Shown piece after piece: positions 8,804 to 18,598 of a stretch of DNA of 40,436 nucleotides; the stretch's first letter is position 1, and the number at the start of each line of letters is the position of its first letter. The stretch spans positions 1 to 40,436 of the forward strand of contig MRSU01010335.1 in NCBI GenBank assembly GCA_008369845.1. The letters are read 5' to 3'. The translations under genes and the position numbers were made by a program. The notes below the pieces were generated by a model. The model did not search any database and had not been told where the DNA came from. It saw nothing but the letters and a program-made list of their open reading frames with translations. The stretch comes from Trichomonas gallinae (taxonomy: Eukaryota).

Positions 8804-10597
8804 ATGGATTTGCTGCCTCATCCATTAGACATATTTGATAACTATATAGTTGTCAATACCATTAAGAAAGTTAGTGATGGGGACTGCGACACCATTACTG
8901 AGATATTAACTAAGGCTTTCGGCAAACAAATCAAAGAAATTCGTTGTGTAAATAAAGAAAAACTCGTTTTTGGAGTTAATTACGATCCTCAGGAGGATAT
9001 AACAGGCAAGGCAATTAAAGGTCCACATCCAAAAGCGCCTGATGCCCCAGAATTTAGAGCATTTTGGAATAATATGTCTGAAATTCAGAGAAGCACAACA
9101 GATGGCGCGCTTCTGGAAGCTATTACACTCAAAACAGATGATCCTGTTACTGAAATAGCCACTCTTGCCCTTCAAATTCACTTCGATCAAAAAGTCTCAG
9201 TAAAAGTCATCAGAAGAGATATAAATTCAATCTTCGAGGTCGGTGGACAGCAAATTCCGCAGTCTAATCCACAGTCTGCCTTTGACGAGTTAACAACAAA
9301 ATTAACAACTTTGCGCAATCTCACGATTTCTGTTTCAAACGTCATCCCTATATCACCATTCCTCAGGAAAACCGCTGTTTTCCCATATTCACTCGTTTCT
9401 GAGAAATCTCACTATAACTGTATCGCTCCTGAAGCTATCAAAATCATCATCAAGCTGGAAGGTTTTTCAGCATGGCCGACAAAGCAGAGGGAAGTTGTTC
9501 CATTCAAAGTCGCCGCTTTCTTGCAAATTCAAAAAGCACTCGAAAATCTTCACATTGAATCAAGAACGACACCAACAGGCATCGACATACTCTTCCGTGG
9601 CTACGTATTCAGCGCTGTCGGCATCCACAACGCTGAACTCGCTGATTTTAAAGGAACAGCTTATGGAAAACAGCTAGAAATGCTCGAACGCGTCGATAGA
9701 CTGCAGCATGCTAATGTTTACGCCATGACAACTAAGTATGAGTCATTTTCAGTGGCTGTTCGCGCAGCAATTCGCTGGGTTAGAAGAAATTGCGTTGCAG
9801 AGAACCTTCTTTCTCATGAAGCAATTGAATTACTCATGATGCACATATATGAGACCACAGTACCACCAAAATATCCATTCACAGCCTTACACAGATTTAT
9901 TTCTTTATTATATCATTTAGATGAATCGAAACAGAATGTTTTCTCAGTGTTAAGCGCACACCCAGATCTTCTTCGTGAAGATCATCGTCCACTCGTTGTC
10001 GTTGCTCCTTACTGTAGAAAATCAGAATATACAGATCGTGGCCCTTCAGCTTTCATCATTAAATTCTTACGCAGAGCAGCTAAAAACAGCCTTGAGTACT
10101 TGAGAAGGCGCGAATTAACAGTCAAATCCGACATGGATTTGTTGCAAAACGTTTTCTCAAGAGTGAAATACAATTGGCACTATATTATAACTCCAGTGCT
10201 AAAGGAGAGACCATTCCCAGGCAGATATTTGTTCTCTAAAGGCTCAGTCCACGGAAAATATGATGTTCCAGGAAATGGCGTCGCTCCGAATCTTGACCAG
10301 CTCATGCCAGGCTTTGATCCAGTCCGCATGCTCGTGGATGAGATCGCTGTGAGGTATGGACAGGTTGTGAGGATCTGGTATGATGAATTTGGTGGAACAA
10401 AAATTGGGTTAACGTTTTTGGACGCTGCATTGGAAGATGTCAAGGACGCAAAGCCAGAAAACATGAACCTTGCACGCATGGATAAGGATGGAAAGCTCAG
10501 ACTCGACGTTGAAGACATTATTCAACAAATTAAAGTTATTGGCGGTGAAATTATCGAGAAAATCGAATCAGACAGTAGTTTAGAGAAAATCAAATAG
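8804..10597 (+). CDS. UTP22: Nrap/Utp22/NOL6 family nucleolar protein, C-terminal half only
   Basis: KGPHP...APEFRAFW..SEIQR..DGALLEA matches the Nrap GP...FRxFWGxKxELRRFxDG motif; LEGFSAWP, DILFRGYVF, IELL, PGFDPV, YDEFGG..IG follow. First ATG is at 8804 (ORF-track start is TTG). Confidence 0.82.
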   Translation: MDLLPHPLDIFDNYIVVNTIKKVSDGDCDTITEILTKAFGKQIKEIRCVNKEKLVFGVNYDPQEDITGKAIKGPHPKAPDAPEFRAFWNNMSEIQRSTTDGALLEAITLKTDDPVTEIATLALQIHFDQKVSVKVIRRDINSIFEVGGQQIPQSNPQSAFDELTTKLTTLRNLTISVSNVIPISPFLRKTAVFPYSLVSEKSHYNCIAPEAIKIIIKLEGFSAWPTKQREVVPFKVAAFLQIQKALENLHIESRTTPTGIDILFRGYVFSAVGIHNAELADFKGTAYGKQLEMLERVDRLQHANVYAMTTKYESFSVAVRAAIRWVRRNCVAENLLSHEAIELLMMHIYETTVPPKYPFTALHRFISLLYHLDESKQNVFSVLSAHPDLLREDHRPLVVVAPYCRKSEYTDRGPSAFIIKFLRRAAKNSLEYLRRRELTVKSDMDLLQNVFSRVKYNWHYIITPVLKERPFPGRYLFSKGSVHGKYDVPGNGVAPNLDQLMPGFDPVRMLVDEIAVRYGQVVRIWYDEFGGTKIGLTFLDAALEDVKDAKPENMNLARMDKDGKLRLDVEDIIQQIKVIGGEIIEKIESDSSLEKIK

Positions 10598-10986
10598 AAT
10601 AGAGTTATTTTTTTATAAAGATTTTATAATATATTAGAAAAATATTGTTGAGAAATATTTTTTGCGAGTGTTTTGTGCAAAACAATGACTCTTCAATGCA
10701 CAAACTGCATACCATATTTGTAAAGTATGAATAAGAGTCTTTTTTAACAAATTAATTTATTGATTTTTCAAAACTTGTTCATAAGAGCAAAAAAAAGAGA
10801 CCAAATATTTCCATTCATTAAATTTCGTGATAAATTTACATGAAAACTTGTCCAATATTGATAAACTTTTCAATTCAATATTAATTTGTTTTCTAATTTA
10901 ATTATAAGATTGTTTTCTAATAATAATGATAAAAATACAAAAGAATCTATTGATAGAGGTGTCGGCACAACACATAAAAAAATAAT

Positions 10987-12642
10987 TTAAGAATAAGGCA
11001 TTATAGTCCTGCAGTTAGCGTAAGGATGTCTGCAGAAAGGACATTCGCCACTTTGTTTGAACCACCTCTCCCAGCATCCTTTGCATAGCATATGTCCGCA
11101 AGGAATTAAAATCGCGTCAACTTTCTCTTCCATGCAAATTCCGCATGTGTCATTTTCGTTCGACATACAATGCGGTTGGATGACAGAATCGTAGTCCAAT
11201 CTGCAGAGCGGGCAGTACCCCTGCTGTTCAATGCAGTCCGAGCAGTAGCAGGCGTGCGCGCATGAGCTGAAAAGTGACTTTGAGCAATCTTTACCGCATT
11301 TCCAGCATTTTGGTGTCGACGGCATATTCGTGTTTTCTATTATTTTGTCTTCGACGTTTTTTACATTCTTGAATTCGTGCTTTCTGCCTTGAGTTATAAT
11401 GTTGGGATTCTCGGGAAGCGAGGAGTCCCATAAATCAACGAAGCCGCCAAATCTGCAGCGAATTTCTGCGACTTCCATTTTACCCATTTTTATGTTTTTC
11501 GCGTTAACTTCTCCGCCGCAGAAAGACTCGATGCCGACTTCAGACGGGCCATTAATTTGACAGTCCCATATGTTGAGGACACCTTTATCGAATGATGATA
11601 CGCATGCGTGCTTGCATCTGTTAAATGTGCAGTTTTTGCATTCTTCAATAAAACCTTCGCAAGTTGCTAAGCCAAATCTGTCTGTGTCTTCAAATACGCA
11701 GTCAGATATGCGGAGTGTTGATCCTCTGCGACACATGACGCAGCTGCTTGGGGTTGTTTTGAATGTGCAATTAGTAATATCAAAATTAGATTTTTGAGCG
11801 AGTGAAACATGCGGATATGAAGAATCTAAAAAGCTGCAATCAGTGATTTGGCCTTGACAACAAATACTGTTAAGACAATTACCGTTAACTCCTATAAATG
11901 TTGAACCAAATACTTTAACTTTACTGTCATTAACAAATAACGAAGTTTGATTAGAATTAGAAAATGTACAATCATAAATCTCTATTTCAGAATCGTTAAA
12001 ACATGAGATTGACGTATCTTTAGATTTACAAAATTCGCATTCTTCGCATTTTGCATATCCTTCGTTAACAATTGATGCAAATTTCGAATTTTCCAGCTTT
12101 GTTTGTTTAATAATTAATGTTCCACCATTCATATTTGCAATAAAGTTTGATTGGCCATTTTCGAAGTTACATGATAAAATTTCCGCATGTCCATTGTTGG
12201 TAATAACTACTTTGTTTAAATCCTTGAAGATTGTCGAGATAATTGTTATAATTGAGAAATTTTGATTTATTATTGTATAAAGATGAGAGTTTATGAAAGT
12301 GCATTGTGTAAGATCTAAATTGGAAGTCATATCTGCGTCGATAATATAGTCAGTTTTCGTTTTTTCTGATGTAAATGTGCAATTTTCGAATGTTACATTG
12401 GAATTAATAATCTTTATATATCCATCGAAGTGCATATTTGTAAATTTGACATCACGATCTATAATAAAAAGATGCTCGGCAGTAACTTTAGCTTCATTAT
12501 CAAAATTAAATTTATAATTATCTGGAATACTCCAGGATTTTGGTATCGTGTATTCTCCCATTTTGATATATACATTGTTTTCGGCATCGGCAGTACTCAA
12601 AAGCTCTGGAAGTTTGTTTGCTTCATCACTTTCTTCGCTCAT
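10987..12642 (-). CDS. Right-handed parallel beta-helix protein with two C-terminal RING fingers (putative E3 ligase)
   Basis: Repeated [IL]xxCxF beta-helix turns. RING1 CWKC...CAHACYCSDC...CPLCR; RING2 CGIC...PCGHMLCKGC...CPFCR. Confidence 0.85.
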   Translation of the reverse strand: MSEESDEANKLPELLSTADAENNVYIKMGEYTIPKSWSIPDNYKFNFDNEAKVTAEHLFIIDRDVKFTNMHFDGYIKIINSNVTFENCTFTSEKTKTDYIIDADMTSNLDLTQCTFINSHLYTIINQNFSIITIISTIFKDLNKVVITNNGHAEILSCNFENGQSNFIANMNGGTLIIKQTKLENSKFASIVNEGYAKCEECEFCKSKDTSISCFNDSEIEIYDCTFSNSNQTSLFVNDSKVKVFGSTFIGVNGNCLNSICCQGQITDCSFLDSSYPHVSLAQKSNFDITNCTFKTTPSSCVMCRRGSTLRISDCVFEDTDRFGLATCEGFIEECKNCTFNRCKHACVSSFDKGVLNIWDCQINGPSEVGIESFCGGEVNAKNIKMGKMEVAEIRCRFGGFVDLWDSSLPENPNIITQGRKHEFKNVKNVEDKIIENTNMPSTPKCWKCGKDCSKSLFSSCAHACYCSDCIEQQGYCPLCRLDYDSVIQPHCMSNENDTCGICMEEKVDAILIPCGHMLCKGCWERWFKQSGECPFCRHPYANCRTIMPYS

Positions 12643-13279
12643 AATATTCCAAAAAATTCCAAAAAAAATCTGACTGCCAAAATTTTTTGATTAAAATATA
12701 ATTATTTTTGAGCAAAAATATCAAGAGAAATGATGGTTTTAGAACCTGTACATCATGAAATAACAATATTTAAGGGGAAAAAAATGATTTTTGAAAATTG
12801 TTGTCACTTTTGAGAATATATCATAAATTTTTGTTCATGTATATGTTCACTATCATATAATGTATTTTTGCTGTCACTTTTGAGAAAAATCCTAATTCAA
12901 ACGAAAAATTCAAATTGAATTCAAGAATTATCAGTTTTTGGAGTTGAAAATAATCGTATGTCCTTTAATGGTAATCTTCTCAACAATTTTTTAAAATTTT
13001 GACATGTAAAATATTTAATTTGATATATTCATGAAAAATTTGATTTGAATTTGACATGTAAATTGAACAAAATGCATATAATTACTGATGAAAAAAAAAC
13101 TTTTCTAAATATTGACACCATTAAAACATTAAAATATGTAATGTATAAAGTAGTAACTCATCTATAGAATACTCCTTAGCGGTACATCTTTAATTTTATC
13201 ATTCAATAATAAATTTTGCAAAAGGCAACTTTATCCGTGAGAAAAAAAAATTAGGTGTCACCCCCTTCATTTTATAATA

Positions 13280-13951
13280 ATGAGTAAGAAGCGAGTGGAG
13301 GAATTCCAGGAAATACTGGATTCTCCACTTGGCAACTTCCTAATGAACAAGCTACGGTCATATGAAAACAAAGTATTATACAATATGTTTGATCAAATAA
13401 AAATCAATCTGAAAAATAACATTTACACCTCTTCAAAAGCATTCTTTGGTGATGTAAAGCATACATGTGAATACATGGCACGAATATTTGGCATAGATTC
13501 CGAAATTGGGCTCGGATTTTTAACAATTAATCAACTTGTTGAAGAAAAAATGCAAAAATCATTTCAGAAAATATCTATAGAGGACTACAAAAAGAAGTTT
13601 ATTCCTATTATTGCTGAATTAGAGTTAAATTTAGAAAAATTACCATCGAGCTTTGAAGAATTTGAACAAATACTACTTAAAATGGATAGAAGCTTACATC
13701 CAATTCACCCTACTACATCAAAGGATGAAAATCCACTAAGCGAATTCAATCTTAAAAGATTACAGCAAGCAATACTGAAAATAGCAAACGATGAGCAACT
13801 AGGTGACATAATAGAAATACTTATCACATATGAAATTGATCCATTCTCTGATAAAACAGAAAAAAGCTTCAAATTGAAACTTAATGATTGCCAACCACAA
13901 ACTCTTATGCTACTATGGAATTATTTGCTTGCCAATGAGCTTGTTCCATGA
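13280..13951 (+). CDS. Degenerate bromodomain plus extraterminal (ET/NET) domain protein
   Basis: MFDQIKINLKNNIYTSSKAFFGDV resembles bromodomain MDLxTIKxKL...Y.S...F..DV. C-terminal KRLQQAI..I..DEQLGDIIEIL...L.L......TL..LWNY resembles ET. Confidence 0.62.
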   Translation: MSKKRVEEFQEILDSPLGNFLMNKLRSYENKVLYNMFDQIKINLKNNIYTSSKAFFGDVKHTCEYMARIFGIDSEIGLGFLTINQLVEEKMQKSFQKISIEDYKKKFIPIIAELELNLEKLPSSFEEFEQILLKMDRSLHPIHPTTSKDENPLSEFNLKRLQQAILKIANDEQLGDIIEILITYEIDPFSDKTEKSFKLKLNDCQPQTLMLLWNYLLANELVP

Positions 13952-14340
13952 ATTCAAAACACAAAATATTATTTCCTCAAAATAATCCTCTTAATTACAT
14001 TTTGTGATGTATTAATAAGAGGCATTTTGGTACACTTATAATGTTCTTCCATTTCAGACAATATTAAGGTAATTTTCATGTTGATATTTTTAAAAATGAT
14101 ATCAACATCAAATACTGCAAATCTGAATTGAAAAATTACCTAAAACCTTATAATTGGGACATTGATCGAAAAAATAACCATATTTATAAGATCAATTTCA
14201 ATAAATTTTTTTACTTTTTTGTTTGAACTAAATATAATGATAATATTATTATTTTTGCTTTTGACTATTGCATGGCTTAATTGTAATTTCATAAAACTCA
14301 AAAAAAAAATCATAAAATAAATTATATGTATTTCATATAT

Positions 14341-14365
14341 GTTATATGGAGAAAAGTGAAACTAT
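14341..14365 (+). repeat. 25-bp dispersed element, copy 2
   Basis: GTTATATGGAGAAAAGTGAAACTAT, 24/25 identical to 8623-8647. Confidence 0.8.
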
Positions 14366-14540
14366 TGAGATGAAGAATAATATAATGATAAATATTTAAA
14401 AATCTAATAAAAATAGGAAAAAACAAGTCCAAATGACGTTTTTTCGAGTTAAATAGTTTTATTATATGTTTAATATATGAAATATGATGTCAAAATGAGT
14501 GATTTCAAAACAAAAATTTAAAAACGAACAAAAAATAAAA

Positions 14541-16328
14541 ATGAAGCCTTCGTCTTTTCTTCCTTCTCAGTGCAATCGCGCGGAGTGGATTGACGCAGAT
14601 CACTATGTCACGTCCATTGGATACAACTTAGCGATCGCTTCTATCTCAGAGCCAAGCGATTTCGAGTTTCTCGAAGGACATTCACAAGTAATCAGTGCAT
14701 TCGCTGTTTCTAAGTATAAAACTCTTCTTGCTTCAGGCCAGGCTGGAAAAGAAGACGCAAATGAGAAATCTACACCAGTTATTCTCTGGGATTTAAATAC
14801 ACGCCGCCAAACTATGGTTTTGCGTGGTCACAAGGGCGCAATTAAGAATATCTGTATCTCAGAAGATAACCGCTTAATCGCAGTTTCAACCGATTCATCA
14901 ACAAATATTTGGATTTGGGATACACAAGAGCAAGACTTAGCTACATTCCTCGATCCAGGTGCCATCCCATCAACAATCACTTTCGCGGGCACAAACAAGA
15001 ACGAATGGTACTTGCACGTGACGCACGATAGAAGATTGCTTCAATACATCATCAAATTCGATCATAGGACATTCGAGTACTCAGAAAAGCATGATTTTTA
15101 CACAAATCCGACAAACGGTTACTTCAGGAGCTACAATTCATCCTGCGGCGAATTTCCATACTTCTTTGCTGGCTCTGTAAGCGGCGAAGTCAGCATCTAC
15201 AACGCTACATCACGCACGATTCGCACATTCGTTGAGATAGATCAGTTTGCTTTAGCTGCTATGGCTGTAATAAATCAAAATACGATTGTCGTCGGTGGTG
15301 AGAGCTTATCTATCGTCACTGGTGATGATAAAGCCTGGAAGTGCACCAAACAAGTCAAATTCGATGCTCCAATCGCTTTCATTTCGAATTTCAACGGAAA
15401 ATTCTTAATTCGCACAGAAGACACATGCCTTTACGTTGTCGATGCCAATTCTCTCCGCTCACAGAAGATATTGGATGGAATTCGCGCTCCAGTTCTCAGT
15501 GTAGCAGTAAATAATAATTACGTAGCCGCAGTCGCTCTCGGAAAGACAGGAACAGCATTGTTAAACGTATCCGGACCGATAACACTCACCAAATTCATCG
15601 GCAACATCCAATCAAGAGTTGTTGCAACGTCTCCAAATAACGATTTCATTCTTGGTCTCTTAGATGGCAGCATTATTTCTCTTTCCGCATCCGGCAACAT
15701 CAATTTCCGCACCCCATCAATCCACAGAGGCCCAGTTACAGCTCTCTGCATCACGAAAGAATTTATTTGCTCGGGCGGCGAAGATGGCTTCTTGAGGATC
15801 ATCACACACCAGAGCAGGTCCCTAGTTAACGAAACATTAGTCCACAACGGCGTTGTCAACCAGATTATTCCGGCCGAAGGATTCCCACAGCGTGTTCACT
15901 CTGTTTCAGCCGACAGAACACTCACTACTACAGAGGTAACGACAGGAAAGAGGATCTGCCAGGTCATAGGAACAGGCAGGATCGGATTCATGGCCTGCCA
16001 GCAGTTCAAGGACGGAGAAGGAGAAGTCATCGTCGCAATGGGTGATGGAAGCCTCAAAGCTTACGACTGGCCGCGAAAGGGAGTCATTTTCGAGGACAGG
16101 ACGCCAGATGGGCTCCAGATCAACACTATTGCGCTGAGACCGGGCAAGGGAAGAGTCCTCGCGTGCGCTGGCCTCTGCGAATACATATCCATGGTCGACT
16201 TCGAGACTGGAACGTGGTCAGTTTTCGGCCCAGCTCACACACTCGACACACACTCTGTCTGCTGGTCGCCTGATGGAAAGCTCTTGATTTCTGCCGCTGA
16301 TGATGGTCTCGCTTTGTGGAAATTCTAA
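14541..16328 (+). CDS. WD40-repeat protein, CFAP52/WDR16-like (flagellar)
   Basis: FLEGHSQVISAFAVS...LASGQ...VILWD...LRGHKGAI closely follows the CFAP52 N-terminus; ends WSPDGKLLISAADDGLALWKF. First ATG at 14541. Confidence 0.8.
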   Translation: MKPSSFLPSQCNRAEWIDADHYVTSIGYNLAIASISEPSDFEFLEGHSQVISAFAVSKYKTLLASGQAGKEDANEKSTPVILWDLNTRRQTMVLRGHKGAIKNICISEDNRLIAVSTDSSTNIWIWDTQEQDLATFLDPGAIPSTITFAGTNKNEWYLHVTHDRRLLQYIIKFDHRTFEYSEKHDFYTNPTNGYFRSYNSSCGEFPYFFAGSVSGEVSIYNATSRTIRTFVEIDQFALAAMAVINQNTIVVGGESLSIVTGDDKAWKCTKQVKFDAPIAFISNFNGKFLIRTEDTCLYVVDANSLRSQKILDGIRAPVLSVAVNNNYVAAVALGKTGTALLNVSGPITLTKFIGNIQSRVVATSPNNDFILGLLDGSIISLSASGNINFRTPSIHRGPVTALCITKEFICSGGEDGFLRIITHQSRSLVNETLVHNGVVNQIIPAEGFPQRVHSVSADRTLTTTEVTTGKRICQVIGTGRIGFMACQQFKDGEGEVIVAMGDGSLKAYDWPRKGVIFEDRTPDGLQINTIALRPGKGRVLACAGLCEYISMVDFETGTWSVFGPAHTLDTHSVCWSPDGKLLISAADDGLALWKF

Positions 16329-16590
16329 ATTTTATTTTTAATTTTTTTTTGTTAAACTCATCAAACGTTTTTAATAACATCATCACCAGTAACACATTCA
16401 TTTTACCATATAATTTATCTTATACATATTATAAATCTGTATTTTCATATTGAAATTTTCCAATTTTTTAATAAATATATAGATTTTACAGTGATATAAC
16501 CATATTTGATCTTAAACAATTATTATTTTTGATTGATTATTGATTAATTTTGGATTATGAAATTTTCAAAAAAATATTTAAAAATTAGAG

Positions 16591-16836
16591 CAAAATATAA
16601 GGAAAATTGAATACATTTTGAGTAGTTATATATGATAATTATAGTAAGATTCAACAATTTTTATTAAAAGTCAAAATTTGGATTGAAATTTCATCAAAAA
16701 AACGAAATTAACACAAAATATAATGAAAATTTAATACATTTCGAGTATTTTTCTATGAAAATTAAAGTAAAATTCATCTATATATAATTAAAGCCAAGAT
16801 TTGAATTGAAAAATGATCAAAAAACCGGAATTTTGG
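16591..16836. repeat. Two diverged tandem copies of a 123-bp AT-rich unit
   Basis: CAAAATATAA at 16591/16714, ATACATTT at 16611/16734, TCAAAAAA at 16694/16817: constant 123-bp offset. Confidence 0.8.
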
Positions 16837-16961
16837 ATTTTTATCATGATACCATGAGTGTACCAATTATGAATGATCCAAAAATGCGATTTTTCGGAAT
16901 AAAATCTAGAAAAAGTGTACGTTTAGAAAGAAACTTTTTCCGTTGATAAAAAAAAACAAAA

Positions 16962-18113
16962 ATGGAAGAGGAGAACGAGCTCCCCTCTAATGAACCGTTT
17001 CTTGTAGAGATGTTCAACGTAAAAGAGCCGAGCTACATGCCGAGAATACCAATAGACAATCAGAGAGTCGAAAATAACGAGTCTGCATTATCAAATCGAA
17101 GCAGAGCCTCAGCACGATCAGAAAAACGCGCTCCTAGAAATTACCAAAACCTGGAGCCCGCAAAACCTAAAAGAAGAAGGAGGAAAAAACAAGATTATAA
17201 TCCTCTCGAATTTCTTTTGGACGAAAACTCGTCAAAAGCGTCGAAAATAGCTACAAAGTTGTTATTCGGTGGATATATCGAAGAAGATTGCACGCCAGAG
17301 ATTTTCGGAATTGTTATTAAAGATCTTGAACATAGATGTGATGTTTTCATGCTGAAAGGAGCATTTCCGGAGTCTCTTAAGGCTTCTGAGGCTATTGATG
17401 TGGCAAAACAACTGCAAATAAATGCGATTAAGAAACAAACACAAGAATACGAGCTCGCTGATGTTAACCTACGTCAAGGACATATGGAGACGGATGCAAC
17501 CATCTTCAAGCACCTTTCTCGCGCCCAAATGAACGAAATTCGAGAGAAAAATAAAATAATCATCCAAAGAATGAAGGAAAAACATCAAAGAGAACTTGAA
17601 GAACACGAAAAGAAGTGGAATTCAGACAAAATGCAGCGAAATTACAATCACAGATCAGCTAAATTACAAGAATTACTGAGTTTGGAAAGAAGATTACACG
17701 CTGTGGGCAGAACTGAAGAAGCCAACCGTATCAAAAAGCAGGCAGAGATACTAGAAGCCCACGAATACGCTGAAAGCAGGCTCAGATTCGAGACAGATTA
17801 CAGAGAATCAAGAGAAATGTTGTTGAAAAAACAGGCAGATGAGCTTGACACATACAGAAAGGCGAATGAGGTGAGGAAACAAGTGTTTAAAAACAAGTAT
17901 CAGAACGGAAAACGAGCTCTAGGTAACAGAAGAGCGATGTTGAAGCACCAGGAAGAGATAGCGAAGGATCCTGACCGGGTTTGGAAACTTAAACATCGTG
18001 GTGAAAGAGATACAGTAGTTACAGGCGCCAGAAAAGAAGGCGTGAAAAATTTACCTCCAATTAGTCCAATACTTCTTCCTCCGTTAGAAGAAAGGCATTC
18101 GGCCCGAAAATAA
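16962..18113 (+). CDS. Hypothetical charged coiled-coil protein
   Basis: 383-aa ORF with E/K/R/Q-rich helical C-terminal half and basic PKPKRRRRKK stretch; ends in TAAA. Confidence 0.8.
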   Translation: MEEENELPSNEPFLVEMFNVKEPSYMPRIPIDNQRVENNESALSNRSRASARSEKRAPRNYQNLEPAKPKRRRRKKQDYNPLEFLLDENSSKASKIATKLLFGGYIEEDCTPEIFGIVIKDLEHRCDVFMLKGAFPESLKASEAIDVAKQLQINAIKKQTQEYELADVNLRQGHMETDATIFKHLSRAQMNEIREKNKIIIQRMKEKHQRELEEHEKKWNSDKMQRNYNHRSAKLQELLSLERRLHAVGRTEEANRIKKQAEILEAHEYAESRLRFETDYRESREMLLKKQADELDTYRKANEVRKQVFKNKYQNGKRALGNRRAMLKHQEEIAKDPDRVWKLKHRGERDTVVTGARKEGVKNLPPISPILLPPLEERHSARK

Positions 18114-18598
18114 ATTGTTTTGTATAGACTAAATGTTGTTGTTATACTATGTTGATTTAAGAAATTCTTTTTTAATATATAGAAAAAATTTATAATTTTC
18201 ATTCCATTTTTCAATTTTAACCACAAACTCAAGAATATTATCCAATTCTAAATAAACAAATCAAATATAAAATTGGAGATAAATCATTTTATCAACAAGA
18301 ATCAAACTAATTCCATAAAATTCGATTTGAAATTTTAAAAATTTATCGATTTTTTGGATTTTATTGATATAAATCAATGAGGTGGGTTACAAGAGTGTTA
18401 ATTTTTATAACTAAAATGAATCAAAATGATTTTTAAAGACTTTAACTTGTAATCATTAGTACATTTTTCTTCGATTTTCTTTTTTGATTAAGCAAGAACT
18501 CATATTTCTCTCCGCAGAAATCTGTATTATTGTTGTTTTGTGCATTGTCGTAATAATTATGAAATGATTTGAATATTCATTATACAAACAAAATATTT

